Assembly: GCA_963422705.1 (NCBI GenBank)
Contig: OY730443.1
Span: forward strand, 2,697,327-2,761,326
Direction: 5' to 3'
Origin: Candidatus Poribacteria bacterium
GTDB taxonomy: Bacteria; Poribacteria; WGA-4E; WGA-3G
DNA: 64,000 nucleotides
Position 1 is the stretch's first letter. Every line of letters begins with the position of its first letter. A program made the translations under genes and the position numbers. Under the pieces are notes generated by a model that was not told where the DNA came from, did not search any database, and saw only the letters and a list, made by a program, of their open reading frames with translations. Shown here piece after piece: positions 46,889-57,449 of the stretch.

Positions 46889-48362
46889 AAACTGCCTCTT
46901 TAAATGCGTTTCCACGCGCTTTATAGTCAGTATACATATCAAAACTGGCATTTGCCGGGGATAATAGCACGACATCGCCCGGGCCAGAATGTTGGTATGC
47001 CACACACACCGCTTCCCCCATTGTTGTGACAGGCAAAATGTCTGTGTGCGCCTCAAGCGCCTTTTGGATACGTTGTGTGTGAATGCCTAGCATAACCACC
47101 TTCTTCACTTTTTTCTTTACCAATGCAAGGAGCGGGGTATAGTCATTTCCTTTATCGTACCCACCCATAATGAGGAGAACGGTTTTTCTCTCATCGGGCG
47201 CAGGGATTGATTCAAGCGCAGATTTCACAGAATCTACATTCGTCGCTTTTGAATCGTCAATGAATTGAACCTCGTTCACTGTGAGAACCTGCTCAAATGC
47301 ATGCTTGAACGCCGGGTGCGCCCGGTTGAGCCCCTGAACCCCTGTCCGGATTTGCGACGGGGTGACGCCAAGGATTAGTCCTACCGCAGCGGCAGCAAGT
47401 GTATTCCGCACATTGTGCGCCCCCGGAAGAGGAATATCCTTTACATAACATAAAAATTGCGGTTTTTTGTCTGGTACCGCAGTGTATGCCGTGGCCGAGG
47501 CAATATTCCCAAAAAGGCACAAATTTCCGTTTTCATCATTTTGAAGATAGGTTCCTTGACGCCGGGCCCCTCCGCCAGCCGGAACCTCCTCCGGGCACGA
47601 AGAAGGATGAAAATAGATAGGGCGCGCCCGTATCATCGTCGCGAAGCCGGCAACCCGTTTATCGCAAGCGTTTAGGACTATCCAATCCGTCGCGTTCTGG
47701 TTCGCGCATATCTTCTCTTTCGCCTTGGCATAGGCGGACATCGTGCCATGCCTATCCAAATGGTCGGGAGAGATATTTAGGACGACGCTCACGCTTGGCC
47801 GGAACGTGACAGTGCTTTCAAGTTGGAAACTGCTCGCTTCAAGGACAACGATGTCTTTGCATGTCAGATTCTGCACCTCGGCTGCCAAAGGTACCCCGAT
47901 GTTTCCTGCAACACAGACATTCTCAAACCGCCTGCCCGCTTCGAGAATCGCCGCTGTCAAAAGCGTTGTTGTTGACTTCCCCTTTGTTCCAGTAATCGCG
48001 ACGATGGGGGCAGGACACACACTCGCGGCGAACTCCAATTCGCCGAGAATCGGAATCCCTTGTGAACGCGCCTGGCAGAGAATCGGAATATCCAACGGTA
48101 CACCGGGCGACACAACAATCAGTGCTGCCTCTACTATACATGCCTCCGGGTGTCCCCCGAGATATAAGGTAACCGTTCGTTGATGACTTATCTGCTCAAG
48201 CCGCTCAATTTCTGCAGATAAGTCCGCGCTATCACGGGAATCTGTCACTGTCACTGTCGCGCCGAGTGCAACAAGTAATTTTGTGACAGCCACGCCGCTC
48301 CGATGCAATCCAAAAACGGTTACGTTTTTCCCGTTGAAAATATCCGGGTTTCGCATTCCCAC
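46872..48362 (-). CDS. murD: UDP-MurNAc-L-Ala--D-Glu ligase
   Basis: SPGVP, TGTKGKSTT, LEASSFQL, DHLDRH, DSKATN, LLSPA. Confidence 0.95.
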   Translation of the reverse strand: MGMRNPDIFNGKNVTVFGLHRSGVAVTKLLVALGATVTVTDSRDSADLSAEIERLEQISHQRTVTLYLGGHPEACIVEAALIVVSPGVPLDIPILCQARSQGIPILGELEFAASVCPAPIVAITGTKGKSTTTLLTAAILEAGRRFENVCVAGNIGVPLAAEVQNLTCKDIVVLEASSFQLESTVTFRPSVSVVLNISPDHLDRHGTMSAYAKAKEKICANQNATDWIVLNACDKRVAGFATMIRARPIYFHPSSCPEEVPAGGGARRQGTYLQNDENGNLCLFGNIASATAYTAVPDKKPQFLCYVKDIPLPGAHNVRNTLAAAAVGLILGVTPSQIRTGVQGLNRAHPAFKHAFEQVLTVNEVQFIDDSKATNVDSVKSALESIPAPDERKTVLLIMGGYDKGNDYTPLLALVKKKVKKVVMLGIHTQRIQKALEAHTDILPVTTMGEAVCVAYQHSGPGDVVLLSPANASFDMYTDYKARGNAFKEAVYALQS

Positions 48363-48471
48363 ACCTCAAAAACGTTCAAAACTGTAAAACGCCTAAATCT
48401 CTAGAGGGGCCAAAGATTTGATACCGGTGGCAACCGTTCCAGCTTTAACAGACTTCTAAAGTTGCCTGAGT

Positions 48472-49581
48472 TCACCGCAATTTAACGGTGCTTAAGGCAA
48501 CCAGGACAAGAATAAATCCGACAATCCAGAACCGGATAACCACTTTGGATTCCTTCCAACCGGATAATAGGAAATGGTAATGGATGGGCGACATCTTAAA
48601 GACGCGTTTGCCAAAGGTTCGGAAGGACCAGACTTGTATGATAACCGATAGCGCCTCTGCAACGAAAATCGCGCCAACGATAACTAGCAGAAATTCCTGC
48701 TTTATGAGGAGTGCTACAGTTCCAAGCGTCGCGCCTAGGGCAAGGGAACCCGTATCCCCCATAAAAACCTGGGCGGGATGGGAATTGTACCATAAGAAAC
48801 CCAACCCTGCACCCACCAGGGCAGAACAAAAAATCGCAGTTACCTCACCGGCTACCGGAAAATGAAGAATGTTCAGGTAATTCGCTATCTGATGATGGCT
48901 TGCCATATAACCTAGCGCCCCCAATGTCCCCGCAACAAATATTGTGCAACCGATTGCCAAGCCGTCCATTCCATCTGTGAGGTTCACCGCATTTGACGTC
49001 CCCACGATGACTAAAGTAGCAAATGGAATAAACAGAAAACCCAACTCTGGTTGCACTGTTTTGAAAAAGGGGAGGGTGAGCGAAGTGCGTGTCGCTACAT
49101 CGCCCGTCGCTACAGGGCCCCACTGGTAAAGATATCCCGCGATTGCCAACGCGCCCAAAGTCTGAAGCCCAATCTTATGCCAGCCGCGAAGCCCTAAAGA
49201 CTGCTGTTTAATGAGTTTACAATAATCATCAAGGAAACCGAGCCCACCAAACCAAAGCGTTGTCAAAATCATCAGATAGAGGAACGATTGATCTAACCTG
49301 CCCCAGAATACAACAGATACCAAAATGGAGACAATGATGAGGATGCCCCCCATTGTCGGGGTACCCGCTTTGTTATCCCATTCCTTGGAGCTCGGCCCAT
49401 CTTCAATCAGGTACTCGCCGATACGCAGCTGCTTTAGGCGCGCTATCACCGATGGGCCTAAAACTAATGATATGATAAGTGCTCCGGTAGTCGCGGAAAT
49501 CACGCGAAAACTGATATAGCGGAAGATGTTGAACGGTGAAAATGTGTCGACTAACCCTTCAAAAAGGAGATGATAAAGCAT
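48472..49581 (-). CDS. mraY: Phospho-N-acetylmuramoyl-pentapeptide transferase
   Basis: KAGTPTMGG, DDY, NAVNLTDGMDGL, FMGDTGSL. Confidence 0.95.
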   Translation of the reverse strand: MLYHLLFEGLVDTFSPFNIFRYISFRVISATTGALIISLVLGPSVIARLKQLRIGEYLIEDGPSSKEWDNKAGTPTMGGILIIVSILVSVVFWGRLDQSFLYLMILTTLWFGGLGFLDDYCKLIKQQSLGLRGWHKIGLQTLGALAIAGYLYQWGPVATGDVATRTSLTLPFFKTVQPELGFLFIPFATLVIVGTSNAVNLTDGMDGLAIGCTIFVAGTLGALGYMASHHQIANYLNILHFPVAGEVTAIFCSALVGAGLGFLWYNSHPAQVFMGDTGSLALGATLGTVALLIKQEFLLVIVGAIFVAEALSVIIQVWSFRTFGKRVFKMSPIHYHFLLSGWKESKVVIRFWIVGFILVLVALSTVKLR

Positions 49582-49657
49582 TTTAAATTTCAAATCCTGA
49601 GCAAATTTCTAAAATTTCAAGATTTTTGATTTTAGAACTGTCACTCATTTACAGCCG

Positions 49658-50968
49658 TTATAGCTTTGCTCCATCTGCCTGCAATTTAGCCATCCCAGCC
49701 CCGGCATGGCTCAGCAGATTTGTTTCATAAGAATAGGTTAAACCGTTTTTTTCCTCATGAACTTGGAATGCTAAATCGATGAGTTGCGCGAGGAGCCCTG
49801 AAAATTCAATGCCGTTGTGCTCCCAGAGATAAAAACTGAATGAACCGGGAAGTGTATTAATTTCATTGACGTAAACCTGTTCCGATTCATCCACTAAGAA
49901 ATCAATACGTGCAATCCCCGTGCAGTCCAGTGCCTGAAAAGTTCGCATAGCGAGTTCTTGAATATGTAACGTCAATTTTTGCGAAATGGGTGCAGGAATT
50001 TTTCGCTGGGAGCCTACCATACCGGATGGGGATAGTAATGCCTTCTCATTACTCTTATCCTTGCTATCATGCCCTTTCGTCGCGGTAGGGACCGTTTCTA
50101 CGGCGCCATCCGGAACTGCAACTGCACTATCTGCTCCAACCGCTTCGTTTTTATGGATGTATTTATCTTCAAAGGTTAGAAACGCGGCTTCTGTCATCGG
50201 TTGTTCACAAACCGAAGCTGTTAACCGCTCGGCGCCCATCACAGCGCAGTTAATTTCAGTGGGTTTTTTTACGGCTTTCTCGGCAAGGATTCTGCGGCAA
50301 TACTGCTCAGCGAGTTGCATGGCGGGGAGGAATTCTTCGTTATTTTTTGCCCGGCTGACACCGATACTCGAACCACTGAGCGCCGGTTTGACGAAAACCG
50401 GGTAACCAAGGGATGCCTTGACTTCTTTCAGAATATCAGAACGAAACGCGTTCCACTGAGGTTTTGTCCACGACAAATAGGGAACAACCGGAAGGTGATT
50501 CTCCTTGAGAACCGCTTTCATCATGATTTTATCCATGCCGACAGCGGAGCCGATAACACCCGCACCGACATAAGGCAGATTCATCAATTCCAGGAGCCCT
50601 TGAAGTGTACCATCTTCGCCATGTGAGCCGTGTATCGCAGGAAATACAACATCAACGTTGAGTGTGCGCGGTGTCCGCCGGCGAAACCAGGTGGTTTTTC
50701 CTTTTGGGACGACGCTGAACTTTGGGGCACTACCTAATTCAATAGCCACCACTTCAAAATCGGATGGGCGAGGGAGATACCCCTTTGTGAAAGTACTCAG
50801 TTGGCCCAGCTCATCCCCGGTTAGCCATTCGCCACGCTTTGTTACGTAAATCGGGGTAACATGATGCGTTTCTTTCAAAGCAGCACAGAGCTGCTGTGCT
50901 GTTACGATGGACACTTCGTGTTCAGGCGAACGTCCACCAAAAATAAGGGCTACGTTATGTCGTTGCAT
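49658..50968 (-). CDS. ddl: D-alanine--D-alanine ligase
   Basis: GGRSPEHEVS, HGSHGEDG, GMDK, VKP..GSSIG, FEDKY, RIDF, NEINTLPG. Confidence 0.92.
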   Translation of the reverse strand: MQRHNVALIFGGRSPEHEVSIVTAQQLCAALKETHHVTPIYVTKRGEWLTGDELGQLSTFTKGYLPRPSDFEVVAIELGSAPKFSVVPKGKTTWFRRRTPRTLNVDVVFPAIHGSHGEDGTLQGLLELMNLPYVGAGVIGSAVGMDKIMMKAVLKENHLPVVPYLSWTKPQWNAFRSDILKEVKASLGYPVFVKPALSGSSIGVSRAKNNEEFLPAMQLAEQYCRRILAEKAVKKPTEINCAVMGAERLTASVCEQPMTEAAFLTFEDKYIHKNEAVGADSAVAVPDGAVETVPTATKGHDSKDKSNEKALLSPSGMVGSQRKIPAPISQKLTLHIQELAMRTFQALDCTGIARIDFLVDESEQVYVNEINTLPGSFSFYLWEHNGIEFSGLLAQLIDLAFQVHEEKNGLTYSYETNLLSHAGAGMAKLQADGAKL

Positions 50969-51059
50969 TATCCTACTTACCTTCCTTTTGGTAGCGTTTT
51001 TGGGATAAAATCTATTGATGCGAGCCAAGACAAAGGGGGTGAACGGGGCGCACGAAATC

Positions 51060-52688
51060 CTATTCGTTGTAGGTATCGGGCAAATCATTCTCAAAAAGGA
51101 CTATATCCCCGGGCCTCAGCAGTTTTGCTAAATATTGTTTGACTTCAGCAAGGTTTAGGGCAATAATGAGTTGTTCGTGCGGATAATTAGCGCTGTTCAG
51201 CCCATCTACAATCGGTGTCGTTTGTGTGGGGCCGACTAAGATAACCAAGTCACATACTTCGGCAGCATGTATCCCGAAGCGTCTATTTTCCTCATATTCC
51301 TTTTCTCCGAGTTCTACCATGCCCGGTGTTACCAACACCTTTTTGCCCCCGGCTGTCTCACGGCCGCGGCTGATATCATCGAGGACTTCTAGCGCGGCTT
51401 TTGCACCGACGGGATTGGCGTTGAAACTATCGTCAATAATCGTTACATTGCCGGCACCGGCTATCAATTGCAAGCGGTGCGGAACGGATTCTAAATTTGC
51501 CACAGCAGAACGTATCTCTTCTAACGTCATCCCGCATTCGGATGCCACTGTCATCGCCGCCAGAATGTTGGAGACGTTATGTCTCCCTAAAAGTGGGCTC
51601 TGAATTTCAATGTGTTGTTCCTGATTGTGGACAGTAAATGCCAATCCGTTCTCGGTTTGCTGAATGTTGGTTGCGTTCATGACATCTGTCAATTCGGCGG
51701 GTATTGGATTAATGCCGTATCGGAGCACCTTTCTGTTTTCCGTGGTATCCGCCAGTTTTGCGCAAATTTCGTTATCACAGTTAAATACAGCAATGCCAGT
51801 CACGGGGAGTGATTCAATGAGTTCATATTTTCCTTTTGTGATATTCTCAACGCTCTTAAATCGTTCGAGGTGCTGTAACCCGACAGCAGTAAGTACGCCG
51901 ATTTCAGGGCTTACCAGCTCGCATAATTCTTTGATGTCGCCGCGCCGATAAGCACCCATTTCAACGATAAATATTTCGTGTTCCTCAGCTAATGTCCCAC
52001 GGATAACTTTGCAGATACCCATCGGGGTGTTATAGCTGTCCGGCGTCATTAACGTGTTAAATTTTTCAGACAGAACCTGTTTTAAAATAGATTTGGTACT
52101 CGTCTTGCCGTAGCTGCCAGTAATCCCGATGACTTTGGGCCCCAACGTTTTTATACGTCTTTTAGCGGAAAGCAGATATCCCCAGTTAATAGCGCGTTCG
52201 AGTGGATAGATAAGCAGGGTGGCTATTATTAAATTAACTATCGATACTTCGCTAAACAGAAAGAGCCCAACTCGCCACGGATGCCCCTTGGCAATCAGGA
52301 TGAGACTCACGGATAGTACCACAAGTAGACAAATTGAAAGACAGAATAGACGTTTTGCGCGTGCTGTGTAAACAAGAGGCTTTTTTGCCTCCACTTTTTT
52401 CTTTTTAAAACTCCTATAAAGCTGTAAGCTCGCCCAAGTGAGACAGAGTCCCCCAAAGAGCCATGTCTGCTGATATCCGGGATAGATAAGGGTAAAACCT
52501 AACAGACATCCAATTGCGAGAATCTCGGCGACGTCAAAGCAGCTTTTCAAATGTGCATGCACCCACTTGACGTAACGCGCCGTTTTGTAACCATCAAGCT
52601 GAAGGATATGGAGTCCATCGTTTGTTCGAACGATGGCTCGGAGCAGACAGGCGACGATTGTGAGATAAAACAGTGTATTATATACCAT
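51060..52688 (-). CDS. murF: MurF-type ligase with an N-terminal multi-TM domain
   Basis: About 160-aa hydrophobic N-terminus, then GITGSYGKTSTK, SYNTPMG, VEMG, QHLERF, DDSFNANP, PGMVELG, FENDLP. Confidence 0.85.
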   Translation of the reverse strand: MVYNTLFYLTIVACLLRAIVRTNDGLHILQLDGYKTARYVKWVHAHLKSCFDVAEILAIGCLLGFTLIYPGYQQTWLFGGLCLTWASLQLYRSFKKKKVEAKKPLVYTARAKRLFCLSICLLVVLSVSLILIAKGHPWRVGLFLFSEVSIVNLIIATLLIYPLERAINWGYLLSAKRRIKTLGPKVIGITGSYGKTSTKSILKQVLSEKFNTLMTPDSYNTPMGICKVIRGTLAEEHEIFIVEMGAYRRGDIKELCELVSPEIGVLTAVGLQHLERFKSVENITKGKYELIESLPVTGIAVFNCDNEICAKLADTTENRKVLRYGINPIPAELTDVMNATNIQQTENGLAFTVHNQEQHIEIQSPLLGRHNVSNILAAMTVASECGMTLEEIRSAVANLESVPHRLQLIAGAGNVTIIDDSFNANPVGAKAALEVLDDISRGRETAGGKKVLVTPGMVELGEKEYEENRRFGIHAAEVCDLVILVGPTQTTPIVDGLNSANYPHEQLIIALNLAEVKQYLAKLLRPGDIVLFENDLPDTYNE

Positions 52689-52714
52689 TTTTTTTCTGTA
52701 TCAGCTGCTCCATC

Positions 52715-53506
52715 TTATCGCCGTTTCAATTTCCGCTCTGGCATTCCCAAGAAACTGGCTACAATCCTACAGAATTGCGGAAATTCGTCAAGGTAAGAGA
52801 AGTGCCCTGCCCCTTTTAGTACAACCAATCCGGCATCCGGTATTTCCTTTTCCATGATTTTTCCGTAAGAGACAGGGGTATCTGTATCTATCTCACCCCA
52901 AATTAACAGCGCGGGTACGACTATGCGTGCCAAGAGTGGACGTAAGTCTTCGTTGACGATTTTCACAAGCGTTGCGCGCATTGGCCCGGCGTTCTGATAA
53001 TCCGTGGAACCCATGTGACGGGATACCGTATTTGCGAGATATGCACCATATTTGCCGCATCGTCGTAGTACTTTGCCAATTTTCGCGAGGCCGATTCGAA
53101 AATAATATCGCGTCGTTCGCCGCGGTTTAATGCCTGCGCTGTCAACAAGGATGAGTTTATTAACTTTTTCAGGATATTCTGCTCCGAGGATGATTGAGAT
53201 TCTTCCGCCAAAAGAGTGCCCAATGATGTGCGCTTTTGAGATATTCAGCTTCTCAAAAAAAGTTTTAACACAGTGCGCGTAATCGTCAGTGCACCACGCT
53301 ATAGACGGGATTTCACTCCGCCCGAATCCCGGAAGATCCAGGGCATAAACTTTATGCGACGCTGCAAGCCATTCAAAAACAGGCTTAAAACTGGCGGCTT
53401 CCCCACCCCACCCATGCAGAAGGACAACCACATCACCTTCTCCGGCGACTTGATATGCAATTTTGAGATTGTTAACTTCTATGTTTTGATAGTTGCTCTC
53501 AAACAT
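52715..53506 (-). CDS. Alpha/beta hydrolase
   Basis: LHGWG, DLPGFG, GHSFGG nucleophile elbow, WGEIDTD, GAGHF. Confidence 0.92.
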   Translation of the reverse strand: MFESNYQNIEVNNLKIAYQVAGEGDVVVLLHGWGGEAASFKPVFEWLAASHKVYALDLPGFGRSEIPSIAWCTDDYAHCVKTFFEKLNISKAHIIGHSFGGRISIILGAEYPEKVNKLILVDSAGIKPRRTTRYYFRIGLAKIGKVLRRCGKYGAYLANTVSRHMGSTDYQNAGPMRATLVKIVNEDLRPLLARIVVPALLIWGEIDTDTPVSYGKIMEKEIPDAGLVVLKGAGHFSYLDEFPQFCRIVASFLGMPERKLKRR

Positions 53507-53537
53507 AGCGATTTTGTCCGGAGCGAATAGAATTTCG

Positions 53538-55013
53538 TTATCCTATCGGTTTTTTATTTTCCGCAAAAGCTTCAGCTGCCACTTGCCTATCATCAAAGGG
53601 GTATCTTTTGCCGTGTATTTCTTGATAATTTTCGTGTCCCTTTCCTGCAATGACGAGGACATCTCCGGGCTTTGCGATAGAGATTGCATAATCGATGGCT
53701 TCCCGTCTCTGCGGAATACACACATAGTCGGTATCATGTGGTAAATTTGACACAATCTGTGCAATGATGTCGTCTGCATCTTCAGTGCGCGGATTGTCAG
53801 AGGTAACGACGGTATAATCCGCGAGTTTTGCCGAAATTCGCCCCATTTTTGGACGTTTACCTGCATCCCTGTCCCCTCCACACCCGAACAGACAGCACAA
53901 GGTATTTTCGGTAATCCGTCGCGCTGCCCTCAATACATTTTCCAAACCATCGGGGGTATGCGCATAATCGACGATAACGGTGAAATCTTGTCCCTTATCA
54001 ACTAACTCAAAACGTCCTGGTACAACCGTGTTTGAAAGCCCTTCTTGGATTGCAGAAATGGGACAATTGTAGCGAACGCCAACCCCAATCGCCGCCAACG
54101 CATTGTAAAGGTTATATTCACCAAGCAACCGAATCTGGGCCGGAAATTCGCCACGCGGCGTAACCGCTGTAAATGCCAACCGATTGTGAGAAAGTTTTAC
54201 ATCCTTCACGTGGAGTGCTGCGTTTTCAATCCGGCTGTATCTCAAAATCTGGTGTATTCCTAACACCGAAGCAATCCGTGCTGAAGCCGGTGCATCGCTA
54301 TTGAGAATCGCAACCCCATCACCGTTGAGTTGCAAAAACAGCATTAATTTTGCTTTGAGGTATTCCGCCATGGTTTCATGGTAATCAAGATGCTCTTGGG
54401 TTAAATTCGTGAAAACAGCCGTATCAAACGTCAGTCCGGCTAACCGTTGCTGTGCGAGTCCTTGCGAAGATGTTTCCATCACCACATATTCCAGGCCCCG
54501 CTCAACGAATTGCTTGAAGAGCCCATGGAGCGCAAACGCATCTGGGGTTGTCAGGGAGGCGGGGATAACCGCTCCGTCATATTGGTGCCCAACCGTTCCA
54601 AGTAGGGCTGCTTTTCGGTGACTGGCTGTTAAAATTGCGTAGATGAGATGTGCAGTTGAAGTTTTCCCATTAGTCCCGGTAATCCCGATGAGTTTGAGAC
54701 GGTTGGCAGGGTTCCCGTGCCAATTCGCTGCGAGCAAGGCGTTTGCCCGCCGTCCACTTGACGTTTGCAAGTAGGTAACGTCCATTTTCTTCAGTTCAGC
54801 AGGGCATTGCTTCTCGCCTATAACCGCCGTGGCGCCGTTTTGAATCGCGGCACGGATGTAGCGGTGGTTATCAACCGTAATCCCGGGATAACAGACAAAA
54901 AGGTTACCAGGGGTAACGCTTCGACTGTCCCTGGTGACACCGGTAATCTCTCGGTTGAGCGTCCCGGTAATTGCCATCATGTCAATCCGACTCAGAAGGT
55001 GCTCCAATTGCAT
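53538..55013 (-). CDS. murE: UDP-MurNAc-dipeptide--meso-DAP ligase
   Basis: GITGTNGKTS, LTTPD, METSS, HLDYH, DYAHTPD, DNPR (meso-DAP specificity), AGKGHE. Confidence 0.95.
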   Translation of the reverse strand: MQLEHLLSRIDMMAITGTLNREITGVTRDSRSVTPGNLFVCYPGITVDNHRYIRAAIQNGATAVIGEKQCPAELKKMDVTYLQTSSGRRANALLAANWHGNPANRLKLIGITGTNGKTSTAHLIYAILTASHRKAALLGTVGHQYDGAVIPASLTTPDAFALHGLFKQFVERGLEYVVMETSSQGLAQQRLAGLTFDTAVFTNLTQEHLDYHETMAEYLKAKLMLFLQLNGDGVAILNSDAPASARIASVLGIHQILRYSRIENAALHVKDVKLSHNRLAFTAVTPRGEFPAQIRLLGEYNLYNALAAIGVGVRYNCPISAIQEGLSNTVVPGRFELVDKGQDFTVIVDYAHTPDGLENVLRAARRITENTLCCLFGCGGDRDAGKRPKMGRISAKLADYTVVTSDNPRTEDADDIIAQIVSNLPHDTDYVCIPQRREAIDYAISIAKPGDVLVIAGKGHENYQEIHGKRYPFDDRQVAAEAFAENKKPIG

Positions 55014-55045
55014 CAGTTTTCTTCGGGATAGGCACCGAATTGTAC

Positions 55046-56866
55046 CTACAGTCCCTCTCCTTCCGCGGCGTAGTGGCGAGGTTGCGTACGTTGAAGCTCT
55101 GTTACAGTTGGAAGCGTTGTCGGTAAATCGGGGGTGAAGAAATCGGTTTGCTTTAAGTATCGCATCGTCTGCTCAGCAACTTTTTGAAAAAGTGGCGCGG
55201 CAATTTGCCCACTGAACCGCGCGCCCGTCGGCTCATCGAGCATGACGAGAATAGAAATCTGCGGATTATCCGCCGGAAGGAATCCCATAAACGACATAGT
55301 CTCCTTCCCGCTTGCATACCCGACGCCTTTTTCTGCCTTTTGCGCGGTGCCAGTTTTACCAGCAACGCGATATCCCTCAACACGCCCACGCCGGCCACTT
55401 CCCCCCTCAACAACGCCAACCAATATCTCCGTCATCTGTCTCGCGATTTCCGGACGCAACACCCGGCGTATTTCAATCGGATACATCCTTTTAAGCGAAC
55501 GCCCATGGCTGTCAAGTATCTCTCGGGTAATGTATGGACGAAGCAATTTGCCGCCAGTCGCGATAACATTCAACGCATTTACCATCTGGAGAGGGGTAAC
55601 AAGGATACCTTGTCCAAACGGCACTGCCCCAAGTGAATTGCTATCCCATCGCTTCACAGCATATAGATTCCCGCTATGCTCGTGAGGCAAATCAATCCCT
55701 GTCCGTCTACCAAATCCATACTTTTCAATGTACGCTCTAAAACATTCATGCCCAATCTCCTGGACAACCTTAATCATCCCGATATTGCTCGATTTGTAAA
55801 GCACCTCGGCGAGACTTAACCACCCTTTTCGTGAGACATCCTTGATAACCCGCTGTCTACTGAGGCGATATCTACCGTTTTCACAGAAAATAGATGTAGA
55901 CGGTGTCATCACCTCTTCATTGAGCGCAGCCGACGACGCAATAATTTTAAAGATGGAACCGGGCTCATACGCATACCATACCGCCAGATTCCGCTTCGCT
56001 TCCTCATTCGCATCAGTATAAGCATTCGGATTAAATGATGGATAGTTCGCCATCGCTAACACCTCACCTGTCTGCGATGCCAAGACGATGACTGTGCCTC
56101 TTAGCGCCTTCCATTTTTCACACGCCGCAGCCAATTCCTTCTCCGCAATATACTGAATGTATTCATCAAGCGTCAGCAAAACGTTATATCCAACATCGTT
56201 CGAAGACTCATCAGCACTGAATAATAGGTTGACATACCCTTTTTGGTTTACGTCGCTCGGCGCGTGTGTCGGGTATGGCAAGTGTCGTTCGAGTCTACCG
56301 CCCGGCACCCCTTGCAGTACATCACTGTACTCATATTCAATTCCTTCACCTACATTTTCAGCGTTGACATGCCCAATCACATGCGATGCCAATTGTTCCT
56401 TCGGATAAGCCCGTTTCTGCTCTACTGAATAGGTAATGCCACGAAACCTTTTCTTCAATTCCCGTATCTCAGGCAGCATTTGGTAATCAACACCCCGTTT
56501 TAATATGACAAAACGTTTATTTTTTCGCTTGAGTTGTGCCAACAATTGTGTCTCCGGTACCCCTAAAATCGGAGCGAGGCACTTTGCGACGTCCTTCGGA
56601 ACTGCCTTCAAATACGCCGGATCTGCCGAAACGGTGAGAGTTCGCCGGCTCAACCCTAACACCGTATCGTGCCTGTCGAGAATTTTACCCCGTTTTACCT
56701 TCGTAGACTTGCGAGAAACCGCACTGTACCGTGCCCTACCCGTGTCTGAAACATCCCGAATTACCTGCAAGAACAATAACTTGCCGATTAGCAGCAGAAA
56801 GCAGACTTGAAGGGCAATCAGGACGACAACAAGTCGGCGTATAGATAGGATTCCCTTACTTTTCAT
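55046..56866 (-). CDS. ftsI: Class B penicillin-binding protein (FtsI/PBP3)
   Basis: RGKILDR, EPGSIFK (SxxK), KSSN, KTGT. Confidence 0.92.
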   Translation of the reverse strand: MKSKGILSIRRLVVVLIALQVCFLLLIGKLLFLQVIRDVSDTGRARYSAVSRKSTKVKRGKILDRHDTVLGLSRRTLTVSADPAYLKAVPKDVAKCLAPILGVPETQLLAQLKRKNKRFVILKRGVDYQMLPEIRELKKRFRGITYSVEQKRAYPKEQLASHVIGHVNAENVGEGIEYEYSDVLQGVPGGRLERHLPYPTHAPSDVNQKGYVNLLFSADESSNDVGYNVLLTLDEYIQYIAEKELAAACEKWKALRGTVIVLASQTGEVLAMANYPSFNPNAYTDANEEAKRNLAVWYAYEPGSIFKIIASSAALNEEVMTPSTSIFCENGRYRLSRQRVIKDVSRKGWLSLAEVLYKSSNIGMIKVVQEIGHECFRAYIEKYGFGRRTGIDLPHEHSGNLYAVKRWDSNSLGAVPFGQGILVTPLQMVNALNVIATGGKLLRPYITREILDSHGRSLKRMYPIEIRRVLRPEIARQMTEILVGVVEGGSGRRGRVEGYRVAGKTGTAQKAEKGVGYASGKETMSFMGFLPADNPQISILVMLDEPTGARFSGQIAAPLFQKVAEQTMRYLKQTDFFTPDLPTTLPTVTELQRTQPRHYAAEGEGL

Positions 56867-57203
56867 AAATTCTCCTTGCCGCTTCCGAGGGCTCAACCAG
56901 TCCAAGTTCATCTACCAAGGACCGGATACGTTCAACGGAAGTTAAGGCAGCTTCCTCCAATTCAAGTTGATGAATTTCATCTTGAATGTAGTGCTTTTGT
57001 CTCTGATAGGCAGGCATACGTTGTAATGCCACGTTCTTCGCGTATGATGAAAACCAGACGCTGCCGGCAAAGATGCAGAAACATAATCCCAAAACGATGT
57101 AGATATACGGAAAGCTTCTTTTCCGTGGGGATTCCGCCGTTTTGGATTTGCGTGATGTATATTGATGTGAGCTCTGCATGAATTGTCCTGACTTAGACAG
57201 CAC
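56856..57203 (-). CDS. ftsL: Cell division protein FtsL-like
   Basis: Basic N-terminus, one TM, coiled coil LELEEAALTSVERI; lies between rsmH and ftsI. Confidence 0.75.
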   Translation of the reverse strand: MLSKSGQFMQSSHQYTSRKSKTAESPRKRSFPYIYIVLGLCFCIFAGSVWFSSYAKNVALQRMPAYQRQKHYIQDEIHQLELEEAALTSVERIRSLVDELGLVEPSEAARRIYEK

Positions 57204-57449
57204 ATTGGCTCATCCATAGCGTGCTGCTCGTACATTCGCCTAGTTCTAACATAGCCAGTACACGCTATATAACCCGTTTCATCTTTTCTCGTTCTAAATT
57301 CTAAACGCTAAACGTGGCAATCAAGATACACTTTTTTATTTATCAGAGATTGCGCAACATTCTCATGCAAAATAAGGGGATGAGATAATTACCAGAGTTG
57401 CCTAGCATGCCGGCACAAAATCTATTCCTGCCCATCCAAGTCAAACGTG

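Noticed and set aside
49658-50968. VanA-like D-Ala-D-Lac ligase
   Set aside because: The omega loop retains KY, and there are no vanH or vanX neighbours.
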